Below are positions 25,971 to 36,416 of a DNA stretch of 42,927 nucleotides, in pieces. The stretch is from positions 1-42,927 of the forward strand of contig CAYNHB010000003.1 in the NCBI GenBank assembly GCA_964397155.1, given 5' to 3'. Made by a program: the position numbers and the translations under genes. Numbering within the stretch: position 1 is the stretch's first letter; every line of letters begins with the position of its first letter. This DNA is from an uncultured Candidatus Saccharibacteria bacterium. GTDB taxonomy: Bacteria; Patescibacteriota; Minisyncoccia; Minisyncoccales; Staskawiczbacteraceae. Below the pieces are notes generated by a model, which was not told the DNA's origin, ran no database searches, and saw nothing but the letters and a program-made list of their open reading frames with translations.

Positions 25971-25972
25971 TT

Positions 25973-27454
25973 ATGACAAGTTCAAAAATACTTTTTTATA
26001 TTTGTGTTTCGTTTGTCGCTGGAGTAGGTATGGGATCATTTTTTAGAATTCCGCAATTTATTTTGTGGATTTTTTTAATTATTGCGGTCTTGATGGTAGT
26101 GTTTTTTGCTATCGCAAAAAACACTACCATTTTACCCGTGGCGGCATTTTGCTTATTCTTTTTAATTTTGGGGATTCTGCGATTTCAGATAGCAGAATTT
26201 AATATAAAAAATGACAAGTTAAGTAGATTAAATGACAGCGGAGAAGTTGTAACTTTAACAGGAACAATTGTGGAAGAACCAGATGTCAGGGAGTCGTCCC
26301 AAAAAATAAAAGTGAAAACATATGAATTTGACAGTGTGATTTTACTAACAACCAGCAGATACCCAGAATATAAATATTTAGACAAAGTGAGAATTATAGG
26401 AAATCTACAAACCCCAATGGAAACAGAGGAATTTAGCTATAAAAACTATTTATTAAAAGACCATATTTATTCTGTAATGTATTTTTCCAAACTAGAGCTT
26501 GTAGGTAAAGATAGCGGAGGCCCGTTTTCCGATATTTATTCTGGTATTTTATGGCTTAAAAATAAAATGAGAAAAAGCATACAAGCTAATCTTTTGCCAC
26601 CCCATAGTTCAATTTTGCAAGGGGTCATTTTAGGGGATAAAAGTGCAATTTCCCAAAGCATAAAAGATAAATTTAAGATAACAGGACTAAGCCACATTAT
26701 TGCCATATCCGGCATGCACGTTGTTATTTTGAGCACTATTATAATGTATTTTTTATTATCTTTTGGATTGTGGCGCAATCAAGCTTTTTACGGAGCTGTA
26801 GCTTTTATTTTTGTTTATGTTTTGCTTGTTGGCATGCCGTCTTCTGCTGTGAGGGCTGGCATTATGGCTGTGATTTATTTACTGGGCCAAAAACTAGGCA
26901 GGCAAACAATGAGCACAAGAATAATTGTTTTAGCAGGGGCTCTAATGCTTTTGTTTAACCCATTGCTTTTATTTTATGATGTTGGCTTTCAGCTTTCTTT
27001 TTTGGCTGTTTTGGGAATTATTTTGTTAGAGCCGATTATCAAAAGCTTCATAAAAGTTAAAGAAGAATATAGAAATGTTTTATCTTTATTCACAGTTACA
27101 ATTTCAGCCCAGATTTTTACTTTGCCCATTATAATTTACAATTTTGGCAATGTTTCATTTGTTTCTCTTTTTACAAACGTTTTAATTTTACCGGCTATTC
27201 AGGGAGTTATGCTTTTTGGATTTTTGTCTGCATTTTTGGGAACGTTTTTGGGCGCTATCGGCTGGCTGATGTCTTTGCCGTGCTATTTTTTGTTAAGTTA
27301 TGTCTTTTGGGTTGTTGATGTGTTTTCAAAGCCGTGGGCATATAAAGTTGTTTCAAACATTCATTGGATATGGCCTGTGCTGCCGTATATATTTTTAGGG
27401 GTTTTGATAAAATATTTTAATAAAAGATTAAGAGCAAATTTTTTGGATTATTGA
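25973..27454 (+). CDS. comEC: ComEC/Rec2 competence protein (no metallo-beta-lactamase domain)
   Basis: TGLSHIIAISGMHV, SAVRAGIM, DVGFQLSFLA, multiple TM helices. Confidence 0.93.
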   Translation: MTSSKILFYICVSFVAGVGMGSFFRIPQFILWIFLIIAVLMVVFFAIAKNTTILPVAAFCLFFLILGILRFQIAEFNIKNDKLSRLNDSGEVVTLTGTIVEEPDVRESSQKIKVKTYEFDSVILLTTSRYPEYKYLDKVRIIGNLQTPMETEEFSYKNYLLKDHIYSVMYFSKLELVGKDSGGPFSDIYSGILWLKNKMRKSIQANLLPPHSSILQGVILGDKSAISQSIKDKFKITGLSHIIAISGMHVVILSTIIMYFLLSFGLWRNQAFYGAVAFIFVYVLLVGMPSSAVRAGIMAVIYLLGQKLGRQTMSTRIIVLAGALMLLFNPLLLFYDVGFQLSFLAVLGIILLEPIIKSFIKVKEEYRNVLSLFTVTISAQIFTLPIIIYNFGNVSFVSLFTNVLILPAIQGVMLFGFLSAFLGTFLGAIGWLMSLPCYFLLSYVFWVVDVFSKPWAYKVVSNIHWIWPVLPYIFLGVLIKYFNKRLRANFLDY

Positions 27455-27503
27455 GATAATCAGTATTTTAAAAATTTTAAAATTCAGGTTATAATAATAA
27501 AAT

Positions 27504-28787
27504 ATGAAAAACAGCGATAATAATAAAAAGGTTTGGGTTGTTGCGGTTGATATGGGCTACGGACATCAAAGAACAGCATATCCTTTAAGAGATATTGCTT
27601 TTTCAGGCAGGGTGATCAGCTCAAACAGCTATGTTGGCATTCCAAAGAAAGACCAAAAGACCTGGAAACGAGATAGGTATTGGTATGAGTTTATATCCAG
27701 ATTTAAAAAAATCCCGCTTTTGGGCGATTTTGCCTTTTCTATTATGGATAGATTCCAAAAAATTTTAACCTATTATCCTAAAAGGGATTTATCAAAACCG
27801 ACCTTGATGCTAAAAAATAATTATAAATCCATTGCCAAGGGTTGGGGCAGTGATTTAATAGGCCGCCTTAAAAGAAATTCTTTACCCATAGTATCCACTT
27901 TTTTTACCCCGGCTTTTGTGGCTGATGAAAACCAATATCCCAATGAAATTTATTGTATTATATGTGATGCTGATATAAGCAGAGCATGGGCTCCTTTGAG
28001 GCCCGAAAAGAGCAAAATAAAATATTTTGTGCCTAATACGTGGACCAGGGACCGCTTGAAACTTTACGGAGTAAACCCTAAAAATATTTTTTTGACTGGT
28101 TATCCCTTACCAAAAGAAAATATTGGAGAAAACGCAGAAATTGCGAAAGAAGATTTAAGATATCGGATTTTGAATTTAGATCCTCAAAAAAGATACAGAA
28201 AAATATACGCGCCCTTGATAAAAGGGGTTTTGGGCGATTTACCTGAAAAACCAAACCATCCTTTGACGGTAATGTTTTCTATAGGCGGAGCTGGCGCACA
28301 AAAAGGACTTTGTTCTAAGGCAATAAGAAGTTTAGAAAAAAGCATAAAGCAAAAAAAACTCAGGTTTTTAATTGGCATTGGAGTTAGAAAGGAATTAAAA
28401 GAATATTTTGCTAAAAGTATAAGAGATTTGGATTTGGATGGGTGGGTTCATATTATTTCAGCCCAAACTACAACAGAATACTTTAAGATTTTTAACCAAG
28501 CCCTAAGGGAGACAGATGTCTTGTGGACAAAACCCTCAGAGCTTTCTTTTTATGCTGGTATCGGTTTGCCAATAATTATAGCTCCTACAATCGGCTCTCA
28601 GGAGGATTTTAACAAAAGATGGCTTTTGCATATTGGAGCTGGGAGAGCTCAGGAAAACCCTTTTTATACAGACCAGTGGCTACATGATTTATTGGACTCA
28701 GGCACTTTAGCTGAAATGGCAATGCAGGGATTTATGGAGATAGAAAAAATGGGCACATATAACATCGAAAAAATCATTAATGAATAA
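27504..28787 (+). CDS. GT-B fold glycosyltransferase-like protein
   Basis: DMGYGHQR, TGYPL, GGAGAQ, LWTKPSELSFY, GSQEDFN resemble MGDG-synthase/GT28-like motifs. Confidence 0.65.
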   Translation: MKNSDNNKKVWVVAVDMGYGHQRTAYPLRDIAFSGRVISSNSYVGIPKKDQKTWKRDRYWYEFISRFKKIPLLGDFAFSIMDRFQKILTYYPKRDLSKPTLMLKNNYKSIAKGWGSDLIGRLKRNSLPIVSTFFTPAFVADENQYPNEIYCIICDADISRAWAPLRPEKSKIKYFVPNTWTRDRLKLYGVNPKNIFLTGYPLPKENIGENAEIAKEDLRYRILNLDPQKRYRKIYAPLIKGVLGDLPEKPNHPLTVMFSIGGAGAQKGLCSKAIRSLEKSIKQKKLRFLIGIGVRKELKEYFAKSIRDLDLDGWVHIISAQTTTEYFKIFNQALRETDVLWTKPSELSFYAGIGLPIIIAPTIGSQEDFNKRWLLHIGAGRAQENPFYTDQWLHDLLDSGTLAEMAMQGFMEIEKMGTYNIEKIINE

Positions 28788-29802
28788 ATTTTTAAAAACA
28801 GCCATTATTTTCATAGTAGCAGTTGTTATTTTAGGTTTGTCTGTTTTTTCTTACTATTTTGTTGGCTCGGTTCCTGTCCAAGAAGATATAATTTGGGGTG
28901 TTGATTTTTCCCAAATGCAAGCAGAGTCGCTTGGTCTTAATTGGGAAGAAGTTTATTGGGATATTATAAATGATTTGGGGGCAAAAAATATAAAATTGCA
29001 CACTCAGTGGGATTGGGTTGAAGGCAGGAGGGATGACTATTATTTTTCAGACATTGATTGGCAGATAAGCCAAGCGGAAAAATATGGAGTTAATATAATA
29101 TATGTAGTGGGTATGAAAAGCGGAAGGTGGCCTGAATGCCACGTTCCTGTTTGGGCAGATGGTTTAACAAAACAAGAACAGCAAGAAGAGATTTTAGAGT
29201 ATATTAAAGAGGTTGTTTTAAGATATAAAGATAGTAAAGCTATTACTTATTGGCAGGTTGAAAACGAACCGTTTTTTAGGTTTGGCGAATGTCCTCCGTG
29301 GTATTATGAAAGTGCTGACTTTTTAGAACAAGAAGTTGCTTTAGTAAAATCACTTGATCCGTCAAGGCAAATTATTATTTCTGATTCTGGGGAAGGTTCT
29401 ATGTGGTTTGGCGCCGCTAAGATCGGAGACATCGTGGGAACAACAATGTATAGAGAAGCATGGGCTCGTGTATCAGATAGATTTGGGTTTTACATCCGTT
29501 ATCTTTTATCCCCTGTGTTTTATTCAAGAAAGGCCTTGCTTATAAAAGAAATATTCGGAAAAGAAGTGATGGTAATAGAACTTCAGGCAGAGCCTTGGGC
29601 CTCAAAACCTTTTTATGATGTACCGATAGATGAGCAGGAGAAAACAATGAACTTGCAAAAATTTAAAGATAACGTGGAGTATGCAAAACAAACCGGATTT
29701 GACAAGTTTTATTTTTGGGGGGTAGAATGGTGGCACTGGATGAAAACACAGAAAGGAAAGCCAGAAATTTGGCAGGAGGCAAAAACGCTCTTTGGCAGTT
29801 AA
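28780..29802 (+). CDS. Membrane-anchored clan GH-A glycoside hydrolase
   Basis: WDWVE, WQVENEP acid/base, IELQAEPW nucleophile. Confidence 0.75.
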   Translation: MNKFLKTAIIFIVAVVILGLSVFSYYFVGSVPVQEDIIWGVDFSQMQAESLGLNWEEVYWDIINDLGAKNIKLHTQWDWVEGRRDDYYFSDIDWQISQAEKYGVNIIYVVGMKSGRWPECHVPVWADGLTKQEQQEEILEYIKEVVLRYKDSKAITYWQVENEPFFRFGECPPWYYESADFLEQEVALVKSLDPSRQIIISDSGEGSMWFGAAKIGDIVGTTMYREAWARVSDRFGFYIRYLLSPVFYSRKALLIKEIFGKEVMVIELQAEPWASKPFYDVPIDEQEKTMNLQKFKDNVEYAKQTGFDKFYFWGVEWWHWMKTQKGKPEIWQEAKTLFGS

Positions 29803-29819
29803 TCTTTAAAATTTAAAAT

Positions 29820-30074
29820 ATGATTAAAAAATTAATAAAAAATAAATATATAAATGCAGTTTTGTTGCTGATGCTGTTTTCTGCGATAGCGCATATGGTG
29901 ATTTTGTTTTTTATAGCGATATGGCAGGGCGATTTATATTTTTTGAATTATTTTAACATATTAAGCATAAGCTACTTTATCCCTAATTTTTTAAATTCTT
30001 TTTGGGGGAATATCGCCTCTTTTGTTTTTGTTTCATTTTTGTATTTCGTAATCTTAAAATTTTTAGAAGAATAA
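29820..30074 (+). CDS. Small membrane protein
   Basis: Hydrophobic 84-aa ORF within the operon. Confidence 0.7.
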   Translation: MIKKLIKNKYINAVLLLMLFSAIAHMVILFFIAIWQGDLYFLNYFNILSISYFIPNFLNSFWGNIASFVFVSFLYFVILKFLEE

Positions 30075-30078
30075 AAAT

Positions 30079-30795
30079 ATGCTTTCAATTATTATTCCAA
30101 CCTTAAATGAAGAAAAATATCTCCCTCTTCTTTTAGAGTCCATTAAAAAACAGGATTTTTTAGATTATGAAATCATTGTGGCAGATGCCGGTTCGAAAGA
30201 TAAAACTCTTGAAATAGCAAAGCAATACGGATGCTTAATTGTTAGGGGCGGATTGCTACCAGCTGGAAGAAATAGGGGTGCTGAGGCAGCAAAAGGCAAT
30301 ATTTTTTTGTTTTTGGACGCAGACGTTATTTTGTCAGAGCATTTTCTAAAAAAATCGGTAGAGGGGTTCAAAAACCGAGGCCTGGGCATTGCGGGATTTC
30401 CGCTTATTCCGTTAAGTAAAAAAAAGATGGATAATTTTTTTCATAATGTTTTTAATATATGGACAGAATTGACTCAAAAAATATCGCCTCATGCAGCATC
30501 TACAATTATGTCTGCAAAAAAAGTGCACAACGCTATCGGAGGATTTGACGAGGAAATTGTATTTATAGAAGATTATCCTTACTCTAGAGCAGCTGCTAAA
30601 GTTTCAAAATACGGAATTATAAAAGAACCAGTTTTTGTTTCTATAAGAAGATATGAAAAAGACGGAAGACTTAAAACATATATCAAATATGCTTTGGGCG
30701 AACTGCACACAGTTTTTTTAGGGCCTGTAAAATCAGATATTTTCAAATATAAATTTGGACATTATAATAGTGATAATGACAAAGAAAGCAAGTGA
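30079..30795 (+). CDS. Family 2 glycosyltransferase
   Basis: SIIIPTLNEE, VADAGSKD, RNRGA, FLDAD, GGFDE, ED. Confidence 0.92.
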   Translation: MLSIIIPTLNEEKYLPLLLESIKKQDFLDYEIIVADAGSKDKTLEIAKQYGCLIVRGGLLPAGRNRGAEAAKGNIFLFLDADVILSEHFLKKSVEGFKNRGLGIAGFPLIPLSKKKMDNFFHNVFNIWTELTQKISPHAASTIMSAKKVHNAIGGFDEEIVFIEDYPYSRAAAKVSKYGIIKEPVFVSIRRYEKDGRLKTYIKYALGELHTVFLGPVKSDIFKYKFGHYNSDNDKESK

Positions 30796-30829
30796 AATAA
30801 ATTAATTTTAAGAGCGTAATAATATTATT

Positions 30830-32134
30830 ATGTACGAATTACCAAAATTTGATTTTAAGAAAATAAAATTTTCCAAAAATTCAGTTGTGTTAAGAATTAT
30901 AATTTTGATTATTGCCGGATCCGCCATTGGGTTTTCTGTATTTTTTGTTTCTGTTATTTATTTTCCAGTTCAGATGCAGGGATTGGTTGAATATTTTAAG
31001 ATTCCCGATTTAGTTTTACCTGAATTCGGAGCATTAAAAACACGAGATATCGCCGAGGATAAAAAACAAGAATATGCTTCTGTTATTTCTTATGAGCAGG
31101 CGATAATTGGTGCGGTAAAATCATCCTCTCCGTCTGTGGTGAGCATAGTTATTTCAAAAAATGTGCCGATTTATGAGGAAGAATGGGTAAATCCTTTTGG
31201 CGATTTAGGACCTGGTTTTAACATTCAAATTCCTCAATATGTGCAAAAAGGAACAGAGCTTCAAGAGGTGGGAGCGGGGTCTGGCTTTATTGTTTCGGCA
31301 GACGGACTTGTTTTAACCAATAAGCACGTTGTTTTAGACAGTGATGCAGAATATACTATTTTTACAAACGACGGGCAAAAATATTCTGCTAAAGTTTTAG
31401 CAAAAGATCCAGCTCAAGATTTAGCGGTTTTAAAAATTCAATTTGATGGAGGAAATTTTCAGCCAGCAACCTTGGGAGATTCTGACAGTATACAAATCGG
31501 CCAAACAGCAATTGCGATAGGAAACGCTTTGGGAGAATTTAGCAATACTGTTTCTGTTGGGGTGGTTTCTGGGCTCCAAAGAACAGTTTCAGCCTCCGAT
31601 AAATCAGGAGGATTTTCAGAAACCCTTCAAGGCATTATTCAAACAGATGCTGCTATTAACTCAGGAAATTCCGGAGGACCGCTATTAAACCTAAAGGGCG
31701 AAGTCATAGGCATTAATACAGCAATGGCAGAGGGGGCCCAGAATATTGGATTTGCGATACCTATTAATATGGCAAAAAGGGATATTAGCCAAGTTATGCA
31801 AACTGGTAAAATAATTTATCCTTTTTTAGGCATACGTTATATTTCTGTTGATAACCAAGTAAAAGAAAAGTATAGTTTGCTTGTTGATTATGGAGCATTG
31901 ATTTTTAAAGGACCTAACGGGGAGTCGGCTGTGATGGCTGATTCAGTGGCAAAAGAAGCCGGCATCAAAGAGGGTGATATTATTTTAGAACTCAATGGAG
32001 AAAAGATAACATCAGGCAATTCGCTTTCAAATATAATTTTAAAGTATAATCCTGGGAATCATGTGACCCTAAAAATTTTGAGAGACGGCAATGAGCAAAA
32101 CATTAATGTTGTTTTAGGCGAGAGAAGCGAATAA
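30830..32134 (+). CDS. htrA: HtrA/DegP-family serine protease with PDZ domain
   Basis: GSGFIV, TNKHV, DLAVLK, QTDAAINSGNSGGPL, C-terminal PDZ. Confidence 0.93.
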   Translation: MYELPKFDFKKIKFSKNSVVLRIIILIIAGSAIGFSVFFVSVIYFPVQMQGLVEYFKIPDLVLPEFGALKTRDIAEDKKQEYASVISYEQAIIGAVKSSSPSVVSIVISKNVPIYEEEWVNPFGDLGPGFNIQIPQYVQKGTELQEVGAGSGFIVSADGLVLTNKHVVLDSDAEYTIFTNDGQKYSAKVLAKDPAQDLAVLKIQFDGGNFQPATLGDSDSIQIGQTAIAIGNALGEFSNTVSVGVVSGLQRTVSASDKSGGFSETLQGIIQTDAAINSGNSGGPLLNLKGEVIGINTAMAEGAQNIGFAIPINMAKRDISQVMQTGKIIYPFLGIRYISVDNQVKEKYSLLVDYGALIFKGPNGESAVMADSVAKEAGIKEGDIILELNGEKITSGNSLSNIILKYNPGNHVTLKILRDGNEQNINVVLGERSE

Positions 32135-32137
32135 GTG

Positions 32138-32165
32138 TTGACACAAAGTTTTGTTTTGCTATACT
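32138..32165 (+). promoter_or_regulatory. Sigma70-type promoter of the attenuated unit
   Basis: TTGACA-16 bp-TATACT with extended TG. Confidence 0.7.
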
Positions 32166-32173
32166 AAAATCGT

Positions 32174-32263
32174 ATGAATCAAACCAATTTAAACAACTCA
32201 TATTTCTTTTTCTTCTTTTTTAGCTTTTTTGAGAAAGGAGTTGGTTTGAGTGTTCTAAAGTAG
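32174..32263 (+). CDS. Phe-rich attenuator leader peptide (PheL-like, 29 aa)
   Basis: MNQTNLNNSYFFFFFFSFFEKGVGLSVLK*, with 8 Phe and 1 Tyr in 10 codons; not in the ORF track. Confidence 0.82.
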   Translation: MNQTNLNNSYFFFFFFSFFEKGVGLSVLK

Positions 32264-32327
32264 GGAAATAAAAAAAAGAAAATTCAAACGAGCTCCTTTC
32301 TACGGAAGAAAGGAGCTCTTGTTTTTT
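32232..32327 (+). promoter_or_regulatory. Attenuator antiterminator/terminator
   Basis: Terminator GAGCTCCTTTCT 32290-32301 / AGAAAGGAGCTC 32307-32318 plus T run; alternative pairing 32232-32250 with 32283-32301. Confidence 0.85.
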
Positions 32328-32351
32328 ACCTCACATCAAGGGAGCGGTACG

Positions 32352-32579
32352 ATGATCATTAGGATGAAACCTGATGCGACTGGCGACTGTTGGGAAGCGG
32401 TGTTTGCAAGGATTGGGGCTTTAGGTCGCGCGTACAGAGTGGTAGGAATGAGGAGCATTGCGGTTGAGGAAAGCAAAAGAGGCGAGATAGAAGAGGGTCA
32501 TTTCCGAGGCCAGCCAGGAGTACAATCGGCTTGCTCTATGAAGACGGAGCTCCCGAGAGACCAAAGCTCTGCTGCCTGA
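32352..32579 (+). CDS. Small protein resembling the N-terminal ferredoxin-like/ACT regulatory domain of type I-beta DAHP synthase
   Basis: RBS AAGGGAG; MIIRMKPDAT...V...I..LG.........IAV........F...PGV pattern, recognised by eye. Confidence 0.6.
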   Translation: MIIRMKPDATGDCWEAVFARIGALGRAYRVVGMRSIAVEESKRGEIEEGHFRGQPGVQSACSMKTELPRDQSSAA

Positions 32580-32612
32580 AGTTCGGGCGAAAGGGCGGGG
32601 CGTTGCCTTGCC

Positions 32613-32645
32613 AGCGGGTTGGAGACCTTCCAATCCGCTTTTTTG
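32613..32645 (+). terminator. Intrinsic terminator
   Basis: AGCGGGTTGGA-gacct-TCCAATCCGCT followed by a T run. Confidence 0.75.
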
Positions 32646-32708
32646 TGTTTGTTGATTTTTTATGGATTTTGAGTTATAATAAAAATATATAAATAAAAAA
32701 ATATTATC

Positions 32709-35414
32709 ATGATGGCAGGAGGAAATTTCACAAATAAAGCGCAGGATGCCTTAATGCAGGCTCAGCAATTAGCCCAGGAAAAAGGTCAGCAGCAAATAGA
32801 TGCCCTGCACCTGCTTTTTGCTTTGCTTTCTCAAGAAGGCAGCATTATAGTTACTATTTTACAAAAATTAGGCATTGAAAAAGAAGACCTTTTAAAGAAA
32901 GTTGAATCTCAGATTACAAAAATTCCTACAATTTTAACCCCGCAGTCATTTGGGCAATTTTATCTTACCCAAGACATGGCAAAGGTTTTAGACAGGGCAA
33001 GGCAGGAAGCGGGTAAAATGAATGATGAATTCATTTCTGTTGAACATTTATTTTTAGCTTTGCTTGAAGTAAAATCAGGGGCTAAAACTGTATTAGAAAA
33101 ATTAAGCTTTTTATCTCCCGGAAATTCAAACACTTTAAAGTCATTAAAACTTGACTATGAAGCAGTAGTAAAAGTTTTGTCGCAAATAAGGGGCGGACAA
33201 AGAATTACAGACCCGGAGCCAGAGTCAAAATATCAAGTAATAGAAAAATACACAAGAAATCTTACCGACTTGGCAATGGCAGGAAAAATTGACCCGATTG
33301 TAGGCAGGGACAATGAAATAAGAAGGTTAATGCAGATAATTTCTAGGAGGACAAAAAATAATCCTGTGTTGATTGGCGAGGCGGGCGTAGGAAAAACTGC
33401 TATTGTTGAAGGGTTTGCCCAAAGGATTGCCAGGGGTAATGTTCCCGAATTTTTGAAAGACAAAGAAATAATTTCATTGGATCTTGGCGCTATAATAGCT
33501 GGAACAAAATACAGGGGAGAATTTGAGACAAGAATCAAAGCTCTTTTAAAAGAGTTGGCGAGATCAACAGGAAAATATATTTTGTTTATTGACGAACTTC
33601 ATACATTAGTTGGAGCCGGAGCAGCTGAAGGCGCTATTGACGCTTCAAATCTATTAAAGCCAGCATTAGCCCGCGGGGAGCTAAGGGCTATTGGAGCTAC
33701 AACCTTAAAAGAATACCAAAAATACATTGAAAGAGATCCTGCTTTAGAAAGAAGATTTCAGCCCATTTATGTTCAAGAGCCATCCGTTGAAGATACCATA
33801 GCCATTTTAAGAGGCATCAAAGAAAAATACGAGGTTCATCATGGTGTAAAAATAAAGGACTCTGCCATAAAAGCTGCCACCGAATTGGCAAGCCGTTATA
33901 TTTCAGACAGGTTTTTGCCTGACAAAGCGGTTGATTTGATGGACGAGGCGGCATCTGCCTTGCGTTTGGAGATTGAATCAGACCCGCAGGAGCTGGAAAA
34001 ATATCAGGAGGAAATTACAAAGTTGGAAATTGAAAAACAGGCGTTAAAAAAGGAAAATGGTTCAGATAAAAGAGTAAAAGCTATTTTAAGAGCATTGGCT
34101 GATTTAAACGAAAAAGCAAGAGCGTTGAGATTAAAGTTGGGTGCAGAAAAAGAACTTATCGGGAAAATAAAGAGCATCAGGGAAAAGTTAGATGGTCTTT
34201 CTTACCAAACAGAACTTGCCCAGCGGGAAGCGGATTTGGAAAAGGTGGCTGAAATAAAATACGGGAAAATACCAGAACTTCTAAAAGAGTTGTCAGCAAT
34301 AGAACAAAAATTGGTGAAAGTGCAAAAAAGCCATCGACTTTTGAAAGAAGAAGTCACGGAAGAAGAGGTTGCTAAAGTTGTTTCAAAGTGGACTGGCATT
34401 CCGGTAACCCGTTTGATCACAGAAGAAGCAAAAAAATTGGAAACAATGGAATATACTCTTAATAAAAGAGTAATCGGTCAGCAGGAGGCCATTTCAGCCA
34501 TTTCCAGAGCAATAAGAAGGGCAAGGGCAGGAATTTCAGAGGAAAATAAGCCATTGGGTTCATTCTTATTTTTAGGTCCAACGGGGGTGGGAAAAACAGA
34601 AACAGCCAGAGCTCTTGCAGAGTTTTTATTTGATGATGAAAGGGCGCTGGTTCGGCTTGATATGTCAGAATATATGGAACGCCATACAGTTTCAAAGATT
34701 ATCGGTTCTCCGCCGGGATACGTCGGATACGAGGAGGCGGGTCAGCTTACAGAAAAGGTAAGGCGCAGGCCTTATTCTGTGATTTTATTGGATGAAGTTG
34801 AAAAAGCCCATCCCGAAGTGTTTAATATACTTTTACAGATTTTTGAAGACGGCCGATTAACCGATTCAAAAGGAAGGATGGTTTCTTTTAAGAATTCAAT
34901 TATAATAATGACTTCAAACCTTGGGTCTGACTATATAAATAAAATGTCTTCAATAGGATTCGCCAGCATAGAGGATTTAGAACAAAGAGAATCAATGAGA
35001 GAAAAGGTTTTTAATTCTCTTAAAGAATCTTTTAGGCCCGAGTTTCTTAACAGAATTGATGAAATTGTCATATTTAATTATCTCAAAAAAGACCAGATTA
35101 GAAAAATTGTTGATTTAGAACTTCAAAAAGTTGAAAAACGCCTGGCTTCAAGAGAAATTAAAATTGAAATTTCAGAAAAAGCCAGAAACTTTTTAGTAAA
35201 AGAGGGTTTTGATCCAAACTTGGGGGCAAGGCCACTAAAGAGAGTGATTCAACGCCTTATACTTGATCCGCTTTCAATTAAAATAGTTACCAATGAAATT
35301 GCCGAAGGAAGCAGGGTTTTGATTGACGAGCAATCAGGAAAAATAGTGTTTGAAACACCAAAAATTTTGCCAAGAATGAAAAATACAAGAAAACTAGCAA
35401 AAGCCAGAAAATAA
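32709..35414 (+). CDS. clpB: ATP-dependent chaperone ClpB
   Basis: Two AAA+ modules ([16 protein letters not shown]), long coiled-coil middle domain, [16 protein letters not shown]. Confidence 0.93.
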   Translation: MMAGGNFTNKAQDALMQAQQLAQEKGQQQIDALHLLFALLSQEGSIIVTILQKLGIEKEDLLKKVESQITKIPTILTPQSFGQFYLTQDMAKVLDRARQEAGKMNDEFISVEHLFLALLEVKSGAKTVLEKLSFLSPGNSNTLKSLKLDYEAVVKVLSQIRGGQRITDPEPESKYQVIEKYTRNLTDLAMAGKIDPIVGRDNEIRRLMQIISRRTKNNPVLIGEAGVGKTAIVEGFAQRIARGNVPEFLKDKEIISLDLGAIIAGTKYRGEFETRIKALLKELARSTGKYILFIDELHTLVGAGAAEGAIDASNLLKPALARGELRAIGATTLKEYQKYIERDPALERRFQPIYVQEPSVEDTIAILRGIKEKYEVHHGVKIKDSAIKAATELASRYISDRFLPDKAVDLMDEAASALRLEIESDPQELEKYQEEITKLEIEKQALKKENGSDKRVKAILRALADLNEKARALRLKLGAEKELIGKIKSIREKLDGLSYQTELAQREADLEKVAEIKYGKIPELLKELSAIEQKLVKVQKSHRLLKEEVTEEEVAKVVSKWTGIPVTRLITEEAKKLETMEYTLNKRVIGQQEAISAISRAIRRARAGISEENKPLGSFLFLGPTGVGKTETARALAEFLFDDERALVRLDMSEYMERHTVSKIIGSPPGYVGYEEAGQLTEKVRRRPYSVILLDEVEKAHPEVFNILLQIFEDGRLTDSKGRMVSFKNSIIIMTSNLGSDYINKMSSIGFASIEDLEQRESMREKVFNSLKESFRPEFLNRIDEIVIFNYLKKDQIRKIVDLELQKVEKRLASREIKIEISEKARNFLVKEGFDPNLGARPLKRVIQRLILDPLSIKIVTNEIAEGSRVLIDEQSGKIVFETPKILPRMKNTRKLAKARK

Positions 35415-35461
35415 CACCAAAACAGTATGTTTTTAAAACACCCACACAAATGGGTGTTTTG

Positions 35462-35490
35462 TTTTAACGTCTCACCGCGGTGAGTTGTTG
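35462..35490. repeat. Left palindromic direct repeat flanking the DGR2 cassette
   Basis: TTTTAACGTCTCACCGCGGTGAGttGTTG; 26/29 match to 38163-38191. Confidence 0.8.
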
Positions 35491-35516
35491 ACAGAAATAA
35501 ATTATAATAGTATAAT
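35488..35516 (+). promoter_or_regulatory. Consensus sigma70 promoter of the DGR2 target gene
   Basis: TTGACA-17 bp-TATAAT. Confidence 0.8.
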
Positions 35517-35592
35517 TATGGTATCAATAGCAACTGTGCTGTTGGTCTACTCACTAGCAATGGGTAGAAAGTACTTTTTTGGGAGGATTGCC

Positions 35593-36291
35593 ATGAGTAT
35601 TGGCGAAACAGAAGGCTTGACGCGGTTGTTGAAATTGCTAACAAGAGCTCTGACTTACGTTCTTGAAGGCAAGAGAGATTTGGGTCCTCTTCTTCAGTTT
35701 CTGCAGGGGTTCGTGTTCGGAAGTGATCTCGACTCTGAAGTCTGGGCCGGGGTCTACAGACAGTTTGGCATGGAAGCTGAGTATAGGGAGTTCATGGAGG
35801 AGCACGAAGTTGAGGAAGCGGAGGACCGCTGGACCATGCCCGTGCTCACTGGCGTAACTTGTAACAAGGTAGTTGCAGTGTTACGCGGGCTAGGCGTGGA
35901 AGTCTTCACATATGTTGACGACTTGGATGCGGAAGTCGCTGATAACGACCGCGACCCGGCCAATGGCAGCTATTTCGTTGGTTTTACCAAGAACGCAGAA
36001 GCCGACGAAGAAAACAAGAGAAAGTCTGCCAATCAGCTCAAGGATGAGAGCCACCAAGGCATCACCCTGCTGGAGCGTTTGCTTCTCGAGTTGGGATATT
36101 CTCTGGCAACGGCAAAACATCTCGACATCAAGAATGTGACGCTCTGCTCGGGTTCGCGCTATCGGGGCGGTGATGTCCCGTACGTCTACTGGAGTCCTGT
36201 CGACCGCAAGGTCTATGTCTACTGGTACAACCTCGATAACTCCAGCGGCAGTCTGCGTTCCCGCTCCGTTCGGTTTCTTTCGCTCGTGTAG
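35593..36291 (+). CDS. DGR2 target protein (232 aa), C-terminal variable region, probably CLec-like fold
   Basis: RBS GGGAGG before ATG 35593; contains VR2; paralog of 3-530; no obvious signal peptide. Confidence 0.9.
   Translation: MSIGETEGLTRLLKLLTRALTYVLEGKRDLGPLLQFLQGFVFGSDLDSEVWAGVYRQFGMEAEYREFMEEHEVEEAEDRWTMPVLTGVTCNKVVAVLRGLGVEVFTYVDDLDAEVADNDRDPANGSYFVGFTKNAEADEENKRKSANQLKDESHQGITLLERLLLELGYSLATAKHLDIKNVTLCSGSRYRGGDVPYVYWSPVDRKVYVYWYNLDNSSGSLRSRSVRFLSLV
36149..36268 (+). repeat. DGR2 variable repeat (VR2)
   Basis: 120 bp; by hand 12 mismatches to TR2, all opposite TR adenines. Confidence 0.95.
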
Positions 36292-36400
36292 TCCCGCCAA
36301 AGCGGGACGTAGCGAGCGATTATATTCTGCCTGCGCAGGTCGCCAACGGCGACTGAAGCAGGCATCGGGCCTCCCGCACGAGCTTGCAGGAGGCCATTTT
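36280..36400. other. Two post-VR nested hairpins plus terminator
   Basis: TCGCTCG-tgta-GTCCCGC-caaa-GCGGGAC-gtag-CGAGCGA 36280-36319; TGCCTGC-gcag-GTCGCC-aac-GGCGAC-tgaa-GCAGGCA 36328-36364; GGCCTCC...GGAGGCC-ATTTTT 36368-36401. Confidence 0.72.
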
Positions 36401-36416
36401 TATTATATAATATAGT

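Noticed and set aside
35485-35592. TTG start and hydrophobic N-terminal extension of the DGR2 target
   Set aside because: Overlaps the consensus promoter; a strong RBS precedes ATG 35593
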